Source of the DNA: Octopus sinensis
Lineage: Eukaryota
Direction of reading: 5' to 3'
DNA: 64,000 nt
NCBI RefSeq assembly: GCF_006345805.1
Contig: NC_043020.1
Span: 434,001 to 498,000, forward strand
Shown: piece by piece, positions 11,831-25,841 of the stretch
How the letters are laid out: every line of letters starts with the position of its first letter
Numbering within the stretch: position 1 is the stretch's first letter
The notes under the pieces: generated by a model
Databases searched by the model: none
Told to the model about the DNA's origin: nothing
The model's input: only the letters and a program-made list of their open reading frames with translations
Position numbers and translations under genes: made by a program

Positions 11831-12584
11831 TGTATATATGTAGGCCGTCTCGAACGGTCTAGCCATATCAACAAATATGGTGAATAAAGAGTTGTAGCAT
11901 TTGCCGCCTTCTCTTTGAGACTTTCCATTCTGTGTTAGCTGAGGTAGGCACCGATGCTTTCTGAACCATTAGCCTCTGTAGAATAATAATAACTTCGTTT
12001 ATGGATACAGGAGTGATGATGAAAGTTTAAATCTGACCTCTAAGGTGCTGAACCAGGATTAATATTGAAAATATCCTGTCAACCATTTTTATATCAGCGT
12101 TCCAAGTTCCAGGCAATTAAGACAGTTTAACTGCTTTCTCTTTCTCTCTCTTTCTTTCTCTCACTCTCCTTTCTCTTCCTCTCTCTCTCGTTCTTTTATT
12201 TAATATTAGCTTCTCAATCTTATTAAATCAGAATTTTTTTTTTTTTTTATGCTTGTTTGTATAAACATGATTACATCACCAGTGACCAGTTATTTAAACA
12301 GTTCAGTAAGAGAGCTAGCTGTCTTGATAATTTATTTCGTATTGATGCCAAGATATTTCTTACTCTTGATAAATTTGCTTGTAAGTTCTCAAAATAATGA
12401 CTGGCATTTATTCAGAAGCTTAAGAAGAAAGGAAATTTGAAAACTACTTTAGCCACAGGTCAACGCTGACAGAAAACAGACCCGTGACAAAAGGCATTAC
12501 AGCTATGATCATGTTTGCTTTTGTTTGTTTATTTTATTTACTTTGTATATCGAGGACTGCATTGGTCAATTTATGTTTCTCTGA

Positions 12585-12814
12585 TTAACCCTTTAGCATT
12601 TAAACCGGCCATATCCGGCCAAAAGTATTCTGCCTGTTTTATGTTCAAACTGGCCAGATCTAGTCTCTCACACCTACCCTACAATATCGTTTTAAAAATT
12701 AACAGCTATTTCATCAAAATCTCATAGCTACAAGATAATGCATTATTAATTCAAAACAATGTGGATGAAAAAAGGATTAATTTTGGCAGAATAATGCGAA
12801 CACTAAAGGGTTAA
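12585..12814. mobile_element. piggyBac-type MITE-1, intact
   Basis: TTAA|CCCTTTAG ... CTAAAGGG|TTAA; TTAA TSD and CCC termini are piggyBac hallmarks. Confidence 0.85.
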
Positions 12815-14739
12815 AGCATTAGGTTTTGATTTCAGGGACTTTTTGACTCCTGTTTCTAGCAGCTCAAGAGACTATGTACATGCTTTCATGTGGTTATTAT
12901 TCTTTGGGTGATATTTGGTTCTTATATTCCATAAACTCCAAGATAAATTCTTGTGGATGCTTTGTCATAATATATTAAATAGTGGTTCAACAAAAGAGAC
13001 TGATAAAATAAGTACCAGAATTTTTTAAAAAATGTAAATACTGGAATCAAATTTGTTTGACTAAACCCATCAAGGCTGTGCCCCAGTATGGCCACAGTCC
13101 AGTGCTTGATGGCCAAAAAACAGTCCTTACAAGTAGCAGTAACCATGTGTTAGGTAAAACATGGTAATATTTAGGCTCAGCTCTGCTACTCTTTTATGCT
13201 TTTACTTGTTTCAGTTCTTTGACTGTGGCCATGCTGGAGCACCACCTTTAGTCAAGCAAATCGACCCCAGGACTTATTCTTCGTAAGCCTAGTACTTATT
13301 CTATCAGTCTCTTTTACCAAACCACTAAATTATGGGAGTGTAAACACACTTAAGTTACCAGTTTCTGAATGAACTCATATGGGAAGCTCACCCTTCATGC
13401 TCAACCTACCAGAAATAATGGCAAAATCTCACATCACCCTCTACCAAAGGATATCATCGGATATTGTACTTTGGGCTGCACAATACAGAGTAAAAACAAC
13501 ATGATGTTCATGGCTGGAATGTCTTTGGACATAAGGTTTGCATATCCAGAGCTGACCTGGAATCAACCAACAGTAACTAATACATATGGATGTGTAGTTA
13601 AGAAACCCCTTTTGCAATCTCATGGTTTCTGGTTCAGTCCTGCTGTTTACCACCTTGGGCAAGTGTCTTCTGTGACCAATTCCTTGTGAATAAATTTGAC
13701 TGACAGAAACTATGTGGAAGCCCATATATATATATATGTGTGTGTGTGTGTGCATGTGCCATTGTGTTTGTCACCTTAACCTTCAACAGGGACCAATAGA
13801 ATAACTACTAGACTTTTAAAAAAAAGTTTTAGCTGGGATCAATTTGTTTGACTAAATCCTTCAAGACAATGCTGTAGCATGGCCACAGTCCAGTGACTGA
13901 AACAAAAACTAGAAGATATTTTACCAAACTCCTAAAGAAAAAAAAATCATGAATGTATCAGAAATTAATTCGATAACATCGACCCCATAATCATTAGAAA
14001 TATAGTAAGAAAAGGGTTAAGATAACAACATCCTGAATAATGAAGACCAATATCTTAAAAAACATAAAATAGATAACATGATTGCCACCCTGATGGCATT
14101 TGATCATAGATCTGTCTGATCGATCAGGGCTGATCTTTTGCTAAACAACATCTCGGTTAAATGAACTGAGTGTTGAATGACAGTTAAGTGAAAATTATAC
14201 ACTTGCTTGCTATAAATTGAACTTTTTTCTTTCATATCCTCTCTCGTTTTACTCTGTTGTCTTTGTATCTCGCTGGTCTTTCATCCTCCTCTCCTTCCTT
14301 ATTCTCTCTCTTTCTCTCTCTCTCTCGCTCTGACAGTCACTGTTTTATATCCTGAGCACCCACCTACTCCATGCTCCGAGTTGTTCTGTCATAAATTCCC
14401 TGATTGCTTATTGAAAGTCCTTCGTCTGCTGCTTGGAGACTCCCAAACAATTGTGTGTATTTTGTCCCCCGCACCTGATCAAGTCTATTAAATGCATTGA
14501 TCTTTTCTCCTCTTCCTCCTCCTCCTTCTTCTTCTCCCTCTCTCTCTCTGTCACTCAATTCCTAATTTCCTGAGTGTTGGCAATAAAATAAACTTCCTAC
14601 CAACAAATAAGCCATTTGTTCCAGTCTAGGAACAAATAGAAACAGGGTTAAGTGTGAGAAGACAATAACTAATAGAAAATATTGGTAGTTTCATCACATT
14701 ATACCTAATTTCCTTCTTGGTAGTGATGTTGGCAGCACA

Positions 14740-14791
14740 CACACACACACACACGTGTGAATATGTATATGTACTTTTAAAGTATATGTAT

Positions 14792-14826
<35 letters not shown>

Positions 14827-15011
14827 TTATATATGTATGTATGTGTATGTATGTATGTATATATATATATGTATGTATATGTGTATATATATATATATGT
14901 ATGTATATATATATATGTATGTATATATATATATATGTATGTATATATATATAATATATATATATGTATATGTATGTATATATATATTGTATGTATGTAT
15001 ATATATATGTA

Positions 15012-15053
<42 letters not shown>

Positions 15054-15170
15054 TACACAAAATACATGCAGGCACACTCAAATACTTATATATAACATAT
15101 ATATATATAACGTATATATATATATACACACACATGAACATTCACACATACACTTGTGTGTTTCTTTAAA
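14740..15170. repeat. Compound (TA/TATG/CA)n microsatellite
   Basis: Direct inspection. Confidence 0.95.
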
Positions 15171-15526
15171 ACTGAGAAGCTAGCCATTGAAAAGAATTGT
15201 TTGTCTATTAAGTAGAATGAAAATTTTGCATAGTTTTGTCTTGTTCCTAATGAGGTGTGTGTGTATGTACGCACACTCTCTTTCTCACATGCACACACAC
15301 ACACACATACAGTTTTGAGTGCACCATTCTGATTGTAGACATTTTATTGTTGTCTTGTTTGCACCAGCCTGACAGACAGACAGACAGACAGACAGGCACC
15401 CATTCTCCTGCCTTTTCTCGATTATTTATATTTATTTATTTTCAAAAAGTCATTATAGTTTCTATCTACATTTTCTGTATAAACCTATTTCCTGAACAGT
15501 TCTGGAAATGACCTGAAGGAAATTAC

Positions 15527-15983
15527 ACCAACACCACCACCTCTCACCACCACCATCGCCACCACTCTCACCATCTTCATCATTGCCACCACTCTCACCA
15601 TCTTCATCGCCACCACTCTCACCATCTCCGTCGTCGCCACTCTCACCACCTCCCTCGCCACCACTCTCACCACCTCCACCGCCACATCTCTCACCACCTC
15701 TGTCGCCACCGCTCTCACCACCTCCGTCGCCACCACTCTCACCACCTCCGTCGCCACCACTCTCACCACCTCCGTCGCCACCACTCTCACCACCTCCGTC
15801 GCCACCACCTCTCGCACCACCTCCGTCGCCACCACCTCTCACCACCTCCGTTGCCACCACCTCTCACCACCTCCGTCGCCACCACCTCTCACCACCTCCG
15901 TCGCCACCACTCTCACCACCTCCGTCGCCACCACCTCTCACCACCTCCGTCGCCACCTCCCTCGCACCACCCTCACCACCACC
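15527..15983. repeat. GC-rich 24-bp minisatellite (CCACCACTCTCACCACCTCCGTCG)n
   Basis: About 15-18 units, more diverged at the 5' end. Confidence 0.9.
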
Positions 15984-16765
15984 AATTCCTTCAATCTACT
16001 TGTATAAATTGATTTTTGACTTGTGATCCGAGATAAACATCTTTGTGCTCAACAGTATCGATTGATTCTTTGTTACTTTGATTCTACGGCTCCTCTCTGT
16101 TTAGCATTCAATGCATTTTATGTTCTTTCTTGTTCCGTTCCCATCTCCTCGCTCTTTGAAACAGTAGACCCCCACAAACACTGTACAAAACTCTTGGACC
16201 TCCTATCTATAAAATTGCAAATATTCTTGGGAAATTAAGTCTCATATTGATACTCTTAAGAAATAGGAAGTGGTTAAACCTCCTTGGTCTCCGAGTTGTT
16301 AAATTCTTCATTTGATTATTCTATGCTGAGTATTTCCTGACAGAAATAGTCAAGTTCTGAACTAAACTTGCAAATGTGGAATGATGGAAGTCGGTAGAGC
16401 ATCGGACATTGGTGGAACATTGAACAAAATGTTTTATACTATTCAGTTACATGTGTTTTATATTTTAAGACTTACATCCTGCTAGAGGCCAATTTTACCT
16501 GTGGTTCCTTCTAGAGTCATCATCATCGTCGTCATTATCATCCACTTTTCCATGCTTACATGAGCCAGACAAAATTTGTTAAGATAGCTTTTCTTACAGC
16601 TGGATGCTCTTCCTATCACCAACAATCACTTGTTTCCAAGTAAGGTAATATATTCCATGGCCAGACGTGGAAGAAGATAAGGGACAACCATCACTAGATG
16701 TCACAACAAGGGCACACTTGCACATGCATGCACACACACACACAAAGATGAACTTCTATCTGTTT

Positions 16766-16999
16766 CTATTTCTTTATTACCCACAAGGGGCCAAACACAA
16801 AGGGGACAAACAAGAACAGACACACGGATTAAGTCGATTACATCGACTCCAGTATGTAACTGGTGCTTAATTTATCGACCCTGAAAGGATGAAAGGCAAA
16901 GCCGACCTCGGTGGAATTTGAACTCAGAACGTAGCGGCAGACGAAATACCGCTAAGCATTTCGCCCGGCGTGCTAACGTTTCTGCCAGCTCACTTCCTT
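16766..16999 (-). mobile_element. SINE family C
   Basis: 18-bp TSD ATGAACTTCTATCTGTTT (16748-16765, 17000-17017). Confidence 0.85.
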
Positions 17000-17821
17000 A
17001 TGAACTTCTATCTGTTTTACCTACCAGATCCATTCACAAGGCTATGGTTATGCCAGTGCCATAGTAGAAGACACTCTAGGTGTCATAGAGTAGGACCGAA
17101 CCTAGGACCACATGGTTGGGGAGCAAGCCTCTTAATCACGTAGCCACAGTAAAATAAGATACTAGTCATGTACTGGGGTTGATATGATAGATTGCTCTCA
17201 TTCTCTTATGTGTGATCTTGTTTTTGCCTAGACTAGGAATCAATATTTAGTTCATGGATGCAGTAGGGGTTTGGAAGGCACCCAGCTGTAAAGACCAAGC
17301 CAAAGCAAACCCTGTCAGTGCTGGTGCCACATAGAAAGCACTCAGTCCAATCTGTAATGTTAGGGTTAGCATGAGGAAGGGCATCCAGCCATAAAAACCA
17401 TGCCAAAACAAACAGTGATGCTTGGTGCAGCCTCCTGCCTTAGCCAGCCCCTGTCAAACCATCCAGCCTATACCAGCATTGAAAACGGACATTAAATGAT
17501 GATGATGATGAGGGATGTTGTTACGTTTGTGAGAAGTTAAGAGTTTCACTTCACAATCCTGTGGGTTTTTAGATGCTTGTCTTCCACCTTACACTCAGCT
17601 TGATCAATACCTTGTGAACGGAACTAGATAGGTGGAAATGCTGCAGAATTCATATGTCTGTGTGTAAGATGAATTAGGCAAGTAGATAGAGCAGTGGAGA
17701 GATTGGTTTGTGGTGTTTCTTCAGTCTTGCTGCATTCTGAGTTCAAATACCACCCTGATTACGACTTTACCTTTCATCCTTTATAGGTCGATGAATCAAA
17801 TATTATCCCTGTATTGGAATC

Positions 17822-17824
<3 letters not shown>

Positions 17825-17886
<62 letters not shown>
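17825..17886. repeat. (CT)n microsatellite
   Basis: About 30 perfect CT units. Confidence 0.95.
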
Positions 17887-17888
<2 letters not shown>

Positions 17889-18019
17889 GATAGATAGATA
17901 TGTATTATTTGTGTGTGTGTATGTGTGTCTCTCTCTCTCTCCTCCTCCTACACTTCCCTCAAGTTGGGTAATCATATACTTCCTTTCAGCAGCACACATG
18001 TTTCTGTCTTCATTCCTGA

Positions 18020-18051
<32 letters not shown>

Positions 18052-18477
18052 TAGCTGTTTCTGTCTCTCTACCTCACTGTAAACCTTTCATCATTTGACA
18101 CAAGATCACCTCCTCCAATAACCCTTCCTTCTCAAATGAGTCCTTTTTTTTCTTTTTTGTCTTGCAAGTACTTAGTGACCCTGTCAGTGCAACTACCACT
18201 AAAAAGCACCCAGTCCACACTGTAAAATGGTTGGCATCTGAAAGGGCATCCAACTGTAAAAAACCTTGCCGAAACTAACCTCGCTTGTGCTTGTGCCATG
18301 TAAAGAGCACTAAGTCCACTTTGCTGAGTGGTTGGTGTTAGGAAGAGCATCCAGCTGTTAAAGTCCTGCCAAAACAGTTACAGAAGTCTGGTGCAGGTTT
18401 CTGCCTGGCTGCTCTAGTCAAACTGTCCCACCCATGCCAGCATGGAAGGCAAACATTAAATGATGATAATATATATA

Positions 18478-18842
18478 TCCGAGTGTGATCGTTGCCAGAG
18501 CAGCCAACTGGCTCCGTGCCGATGGCACGTAAAGGGGCACTGTTCGAGCGTGATCGTTACCAACGTCGCCTTACTGGCACCTGTGCTGGTGGCATGTATA
18601 AAAAGATTCGAGTGAGGTCATTGCCAGTACCACCTAACTGGCCTTGTGCCGGTGGCATGTAAAAAGCACCCACTACACTCTCAGAGTGGTTGGCGTTAGG
18701 AAGGGCATCCAGCTGTTGAAACTCTGCCAGATCAAGATTGGAGCCTGGTGCAGCTGTCTGGTTTGCCAGCCCTCAGTCAAAATCGTCCAACCCATGCTAG
18801 CATGGAAGGCGGACGTTAAACGATGATGATGATGATGATGTC
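18478..18842 (+). mobile_element. Family B retroposon; older copies at about 17270-17512 and 18172-18468
   Basis: Three internal GGTGGCA(C/T)GT modules, conserved 3' end and long (GAT)n tail. Confidence 0.8.
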
Positions 18843-19384
18843 ATGATGACAGTTTTAATATGCTCCCTTATATACATGCATGGGTCAAACAGAATTCACA
18901 TATATATAGCAAGAGAGAGAAAGCTTTTCTTTCAAACAAATATTGCCAGCTCAATTGCATTCAAATTCAATATTTTTCTTTATCAAAGAATTTTCATATT
19001 TCCTCATTGGTTCCTTGAAAATACAGAGCTGCCGGATGATTCGTTGACAGGAGAATGTCAGCAAACATCACTGTCCACAATTTGGTGCATTTTTATACTA
19101 AGTACACCATTAAAACATCACACACGTGCATGTAACCTCCTCCACTTTCTCTCTCACACGTGCATGCGTGATGAGCTTCATAAAGTTTGTTTATCAATTT
19201 CAATTTCAGTGGATTAGTTGGCCTAGGGCTATAGAGGAAGCCGCTCGCCCGAGGTGCAGTGTGGTGGGAGTGAAGCCGAAAACCATCCGGTTGTGAAGTG
19301 AACTCCATAACTCCATATCTGGAGATGGCCATGATTGCACCTCTGTGGATGCTGCAATATCTTAGCATGACTTTATAAATATGT

Positions 19385-19510
19385 TTATGTGTGTGTGTGT
19401 GTAGATGGCAGTACTTGTGGGTGGATGTGTTTGTGTGTGTGTGCATTTGTGTATAAGCACACATGCACTCACACATACACACACACACACACACATACAC
19501 ATATATATAT

Positions 19511-19541
<31 letters not shown>

Positions 19542-19617
19542 CATATTACATACATATATATATACATACATACATACATATATATAATATATATATATTA
19601 TCTATATATATACATAC

Positions 19618-19671
<54 letters not shown>

Positions 19672-19694
19672 GTTATATATATATACATATATAC

Positions 19695-19755
<61 letters not shown>

Positions 19756-19806
19756 TAGTATGTATGTATGTATATATATATACATATATACATATATATA
19801 TAACAT

Positions 19807-19837
<31 letters not shown>

Positions 19838-19838
19838 G

Positions 19839-19884
<46 letters not shown>

Positions 19885-19910
19885 ATATATATACATACAT
19901 ACACACATGC
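19385..19910. repeat. Compound (CA/TA)n microsatellite
   Basis: Direct inspection. Confidence 0.95.
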
Positions 19911-20157
19911 ACTGGCATATTTCTGAGTCTGTCCTCATGCAAGCAAGGCTTCCTTTGTGCTGCCAGTGGCAAGATGTTGAAATAAATAAGAATCATGGAT
20001 GAAATGAATAGCAATCCTGTCCCGGGGTCCATTCGATCCACTACATAATCTCATTCCCTACAAACTACAGAAATTGCTATCGTAACAAATTGTTATTTCA
20101 AGGTTTCCACTTAGGAACAGTGCGTTACTGTCGCTGTTACTGTTACTGCTTTGCTTG

Positions 20158-20505
20158 TATATATATATATATATATATATAGTATGTATATATGAATGTA
20201 TGTATGTATATATGAATGTAAGTATGTATGTATATATGAATGTAAGTATGTATGTATATATGGATGTATGTATATATGAATGTATGTATATATGAATGTA
20301 TGTATGTATATATGTATGTATATATATATATGTATGTATATGTATGTATATATGTATGTATATATGTATGTATATATATATATATATGTATGTATATATA
20401 TATGTATGTATGTATATATATATGTATGTATATATGTATGTATATATATATGTATGTATATATATGTGTGTGTGTATATATATATGTGTGTGTGTGTATG
20501 TTGTG
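20158..20505. repeat. (TATG/TA)n microsatellite
   Basis: Direct inspection. Confidence 0.95.
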
Positions 20506-20578
20506 TGCATAGTAGACTCATATTGTACATACATGCAATGGTTTTGCCTGTGTCCATGTCAAGATTTTCAAATAATAG

Positions 20579-20635
20579 GCTTTCGCAAGCTGCTAACTGT
20601 TGAAGTGGCTGACTTAACAAGAATATATGAAATTG
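20579..20635 (+). CDS. Candidate 57-nt internal exon (phase 1-1), [19 protein letters not shown]; protein unidentified
   Basis: ttttcaaataatag| ... ATTG|gtaaat; symmetric and open in this frame. No homology recognised. Confidence 0.35.
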
Positions 20636-20944
20636 GTAAATAAAAGTGTCTGCATATATGCATGCACTTGCACATGTCTACAAAGCAATGTGTATTCACA
20701 GATGCGCAGATGCACTCTAGAAGATTTGTGCAGCCGCAAGCTTGCCTCTGTGCATACACATAAATAGGCACTTATTAAATAAAAGCAACATTTGCACAAA
20801 CATTCATGTGTGTACTCAGCACATGTAGCAATACCACACTCATGCATGCACACTCACTCACTCACTGACATGCAGCTGCACACACATGATGCTCATAGAT
20901 GATGTGAGTTATATTTCTCTTTATCAATATGTACATCTATCTTT

Positions 20945-21157
20945 TTATTTATCAATATGTATATCAATCTATTTGTCTATCTTTCTATCTATCTTTGTAT
21001 CTATCCTTCTATCTATCTATCTATCTATCTTTCTATCTATCCTTCTATCTATCTATCGATTGATTGATCTATATATCTATCTATCTATCGATTGATCGAT
21101 CTATTTATCTGTCTATTTGTTTATCTATCTGTCAATCTATCTACCTATATATACATA

Positions 21158-21220
<63 letters not shown>
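20945..21220. repeat. (ATCT)n then (TA)n/(TG)n microsatellite
   Basis: Direct inspection. Confidence 0.9.
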
Positions 21221-21221
<1 letters not shown>

Positions 21222-21225
<4 letters not shown>

Positions 21226-21604
21226 GGTGTAGTTGTGTGGTAAGAAACTTGCTTCCCAACCACATGGTTCTGGATTCAGTTCCACTGTGTGGCATCTTGT
21301 GCAACTGTCTTCTATAGCCTCAGGGCAACCAAAGCCTTGTGAGTGGATTTGGTAGACGAAAACTGAAAGAAGCCTGTTGTATATATGTATATATATATAT
21401 GCGTGTGTATATGTTTGTCCCCCCAGCATTGCTTGACAACCGATAGTGGTGTGTTACGTCCTCCGTAACTTAGCGGTTCGGCAAAAGAGATCAATAGAAA
21501 AAGTACTAGGCTTACAAAGAATAAGTCCTGGGGTCGATTTGCTCAACTAAAGGTGGTGCTCCAGCATGGCCACAATCAAATGACTGAAACAAGTTAAAGA
21601 GTAA
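21222..21604 (+). mobile_element. SINE family A
   Basis: Collinear with 6416-6806. Confidence 0.85.
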
Positions 21605-22639
21605 TCTTTAAAGGATGCAGGGATCATGATTTGTTTGATTCCTTTGGTTTCCATCCAGTTTAGGCCAAACACTGGTAAGTGTAACATAATCATGAAGTAC
21701 AATTGACACCACACAGTTGTGTGAGAGGTTCGTCCAGTCTGATGGTCTCTCACACAATGCCTGTCTGCTTAATACCACTCTTAAGTCATTGGGTTGACCC
21801 ACGTCTTTGTTAGAAGACCTCTTACCAGTTGTGTTGCGCAGTGTAATTGATCTCATTGTCTCATGATTTCAGCATGAATTGTTTAACCACATCACCAAAC
21901 ATACGTTTCTAAATCCATGAATACATGTACAAGCTTGTATCTATTTGTACAAACAAACTAACTTTCTGACATGCATCTGCATGAACACACACACACACAC
22001 ACACACACACGTATATGCACATATGCATCTTTGAAGTAACATGCAAAGAGAGGGTGAATGCATTCAGTCATGCACAGATATAAGGATTGCATGTCTCTGG
22101 ATGAGAACCTGTTGCTACACATAATCAAAAACCGTTTGGTGGCCAGCATGCCCACCCCTCAATCAATACATTGACAAACTCACACACATACACACACACA
22201 CACACGTATTTGCTACTAGTCAATAAGAAGCCAGTAACAAAGCCGGGGTAAAGTGGCTCAACTTGCTAGACATAGCAGCTCATCCACCTCAAGTTTCAGA
22301 ACTCTTTGTGATGTCGTCAGAGAAAGACAAGCAGTAATACTGTCCCTTTTCCTGGTCACCATGACGAGTTAGAGAATGTTAGGCATCTATTCTCAGATTA
22401 GAGAATACACACATACATACACACACACATACACACACACATACAGAGATCTCAAAAGTAAATAGATACCTTTATTTATATACTTATATAATATATAAAT
22501 GGTATCTATTTGCTCTGAGAAGTGTGTGTGTGTATATGATTTTTGATTTTTGATTTTTCCAGTTTCAGCTAATGAGCTGTGGCCATGCTGGGGCACACAC
22601 ACCTCGAGTGAATAGATACCCTTCTTTTTATATATGTAC

Positions 22640-22872
22640 AGGTGGCACGTAAAAAACACCATTTGAGCATGGCCATTGCCAGTACCGCTTGACTGGCACG
22701 TAAAAGCACCCACTACACTCGCGGAGTAGTTGGCGTTAGGAAGGGCATCCAGCTGTAGAAACTCTATTAGATCAAGATTGGAGCCTGGTGCAGCCATCTG
22801 GTTTGCCAGTCCTCAGTCAAACTGTCCAACCCATGCTAGCATGGAAAGCGGACGTTAAATGACGATGATGAT
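22640..22872 (+). mobile_element. Family B retroposon, 5'-truncated
   Basis: Conserved 3' end and GAT tail followed by (TA)n. Confidence 0.8.
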
Positions 22873-22949
<77 letters not shown>

Positions 22950-23248
22950 ATGTATATATTGATACGTAATTATAGGTGTATGTGTGCATGTATGCATACC
23001 TTAATAATCTTTTTGTCACTATATTTTTGTTGCAAAATATCGTCTTTGTTTCATTTAATTTTTAAGAAAACGAAAAATCCTGCCATTATTAAGTTTGTGT
23101 TTGGAAGATAAATTAAGATGCAATTTTTATGGAAGGCTTTAATTTAGATCACTTTAAAGCAATACTTGTATCCTAGAACCAGGGGCAATTTCTCTTTGAA
23201 TAGGGTAGTCTCAAAAGTGACATAAACATACATTTATGTATATACTCC

Positions 23249-23619
23249 TTACTCTACTCTTTTATTTGTTTCAGTCATTTGACTGTGGCCATGCTGGAGC
23301 ACCGCCTTTAGTCGAGCAAATCGACCCCAGGACTTATTCTTTGTTAGCCCAGTACTTATTCTATCGGTCTCTTTTGCTGAACCGCTAAGTGACGGGGACA
23401 AACACAGACACACAAACATATACACACACACTTATATATATATATATACATATATACGACAGGCTTCTTTCAGTTTCCATCTACCAAATCCACTCACAAG
23501 GCATTGGACGGCCCGGGGCTATAGCAGAAGACACTTGCCCAAGATGCCACGCAGTGGGACTGAACCCGGAACCATGTGGTTGGTTAGCAAGCTACTTACC
23601 ACACAGCCACTCCTGCGCC
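23249..23619 (-). mobile_element. SINE family A
   Basis: Full-length reverse-complement copy. Confidence 0.85.
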
Positions 23620-23929
23620 TATGTGCGTGTATTTATACATATGTGTGTGTGAACTCTCTGGGTTATGTATTATCTCTATGTTAGATATACAATGCCAGGG
23701 CATCATTTACACATAAACAAACCAAGCACTCAATCTGAAATGTTTGTTTTAAAACAATATTTAATACTTTCTAGAATAATTTCCAAACTCATAAACAAAA
23801 AACAAATTACGAAAAAAAAATTTATTTATTTTTTTTTTTTTTGTGGAAAATTCCAATTCTTGAGATTTCACGAAGGTAAAACTTCATTTCCTGATTTGTT
23901 GGCAAACAGATATTTTAACATGGCTATAT

Positions 23930-23965
<36 letters not shown>

Positions 23966-24453
23966 AATACTTGCTTAACAGTGTGATAGCTGGTAATGTA
24001 ATGCAATCAGGATATGACATGACAGTTGCAGACTCTTACGCTGCTATTTCTTTTTTTCTCACAATCAACATACACATTGAAAAAATGCATTATACTAATT
24101 TAAAAGTCATACAAGTCTTGGTAGATATCCATTCTTTTTCTTTCAAACCAGGTTTTACAAGAAATAAATAATCATTTGAGTTGCCTTTTTATTTTTATTT
24201 TTATTTCAAAGTAATTTTTGCTTCATATTTTTCAGTAAATCAAGACAAATTGTGTAATATTTGAATATAGTATACAGCACGAATAATATACATTTGAGTA
24301 TATAAACATACAAAAATGCATTCAATTAAGTAGATCTGTTTATTTAAAGTTGAGAATTTGTCCAGCTTCCAGTAAAAGTTTCTTGTCATACATCATATAT
24401 TGGACAACTACAAAAAAAAAAGAAAAAGACAAACTTCATCTTTTTGTTTTCAG

Positions 24454-24467
24454 AATGGTTTTATATG
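24454..24467 (+). CDS. Candidate 14-nt microexon AATGGTTTTATATG
   Basis: Strong acceptor ttcatctttttgttttcag and donor G|gtgaga; joins the 20579 exon (phase 1) to phase 0. Confidence 0.25.
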
Positions 24468-24628
24468 GTGAGAAACTGTTTAGCAATAGAGTAAATCAGC
24501 AACTGTGAGCAAATAACATGATTCCATACTGTAATGACTATAATGCAGGTCTATCTACATATGTAACCAAAATCTAAACATCCTCTTTTTTTGTTGTTGT
24601 TGTATCACTGTTTCTTTCATTGGAAACT

Positions 24629-25130
24629 AAACTCTGCTTGCGAAGACTTGTTGAGGGAAGTGAAATCGAAATCAAATTCGATGACTGGCATCCGTGCTAG
24701 TGGAGCGCTAAGGGTACTATCCAAGCGTGATCGTTGCCAGAGCAAGAGACTGGCTTCCATGCCGGTGGCACATAAAAGGCACCATTCGAGTGTGATCGTT
24801 ACCAGTGTCGTCTTACTAGCACTTGTGCTGGTGGCACGAGAAGAAACATTCGAACGAGGTCGTTGCCAGTACCGCTGGACTGGCTCCTGTGCAGGTGGTA
24901 CATAAGAAGCACCATATGAGTGTGACCGTTGCCAGTACTGCCTAACTGGTGGCATGTAAAAGCACCCACTACACTCTCGGAGTGGTTGGCGTTAGGAAGG
25001 GCATCCAGCTGTAGAAACTCTGCCAGATCAAGATTGGATCCTGGTGCAGCCATCTGGTTCGCTAGACCTCAGTCAAATCGTCCAACTCATGCCAGCATGG
25101 AAAGCGGACATTAAACGACAATGATGATGA
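24629..25130 (+). mobile_element. Family B retroposon, longest copy
   Basis: 5' AAACTCTGCTTGCGAAGAC, about 4 internal modules, GAT tail. Confidence 0.8.
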
Positions 25131-25365
25131 CTGTAAAATGTTGGAATGACAAGTATTCTAATAACATTGATTGTTAATTTCCAACACTATCTTTGCTCAA
25201 ACACCACAGCTCCTTCTCTACCGATTTCATTCCTTATAATCAGCTACTTTCTTTACTTTCTATCACCACCATTAAACCTAGATTCACTCCTTGTTTACAT
25301 CTTGCCTACCTGTCATTCCTAGGCCTGGTGATATTGTTATAACTATTATATTTAAAAGAAATGAG

Positions 25366-25538
25366 TAGGAGTGGCTGTGTGGTAAGTAGCTTGCTTACTA
25401 ACCACATGGTTCTGAGTTCAGTCCCACTGCGTGGCACCTTGGGCAAGTGTCTTCTACTATAGCCTCAGGCTGACCAAAGCCTTGTGAGTGGATTTGGTGG
25501 ACGGAAACTGAAAGAAGCCCGTCGTATATATGTGTGTG

Positions 25539-25600
<62 letters not shown>

Positions 25601-25841
25601 ATATATATATATGTATGTATGTGTATATATGTTTGTGAGTCAGTGTTTGTCCCCCCCCCCCAGCATCGCTTGACAACCGATGCTGGTGTGTTGACGTCCC
25701 CGTAACTTAGCAGTTCGGCAAAATAGACCGATAAAATAAGTACTAGGCTTACAAAGAATAAGTCCTGAAGTCGACTTGCTCAATTAAAGGCAGTGCTCCA
25801 GCATGGCCACAGTCAAATGACTGAAATAAGTAAAAGCGAGT
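25366..25841 (+). mobile_element. SINE family A with expanded central (TA)n
   Basis: Collinear with the other copies. Confidence 0.85.

Noticed and set aside
10266-11866. Long ORFs (up to 361 aa) rich in Y/I/V/C/M or H/T
   Set aside because: They are translations of TA/TG/CA microsatellite. The same applies to ORFs at 14.7-15.2, 19.4-20.6, 40.2, 41.3 and 56.8-57.3 kb.
11981-12043. Open + frame NNNNFVYGYRSDDESLNLTSK after an AG; similar candidates at 8791, 12353-12380, 20071, 43000, 45475, 49130-49150, 56489
   Set aside because: Weak or ambiguous donor or acceptor, or several equally open frames; indistinguishable from chance.
15462-16026. Gly-rich, Pro-rich and VVRVVA ORFs
   Set aside because: All derive from a 24-bp minisatellite that is stop-free in several frames; no splice or homology support.
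16000-16400. Possible Penelope RT fragment on the - strand (FSSELDYF...)
   Set aside because: The resemblance is too short and is broken by stops; unsupported.
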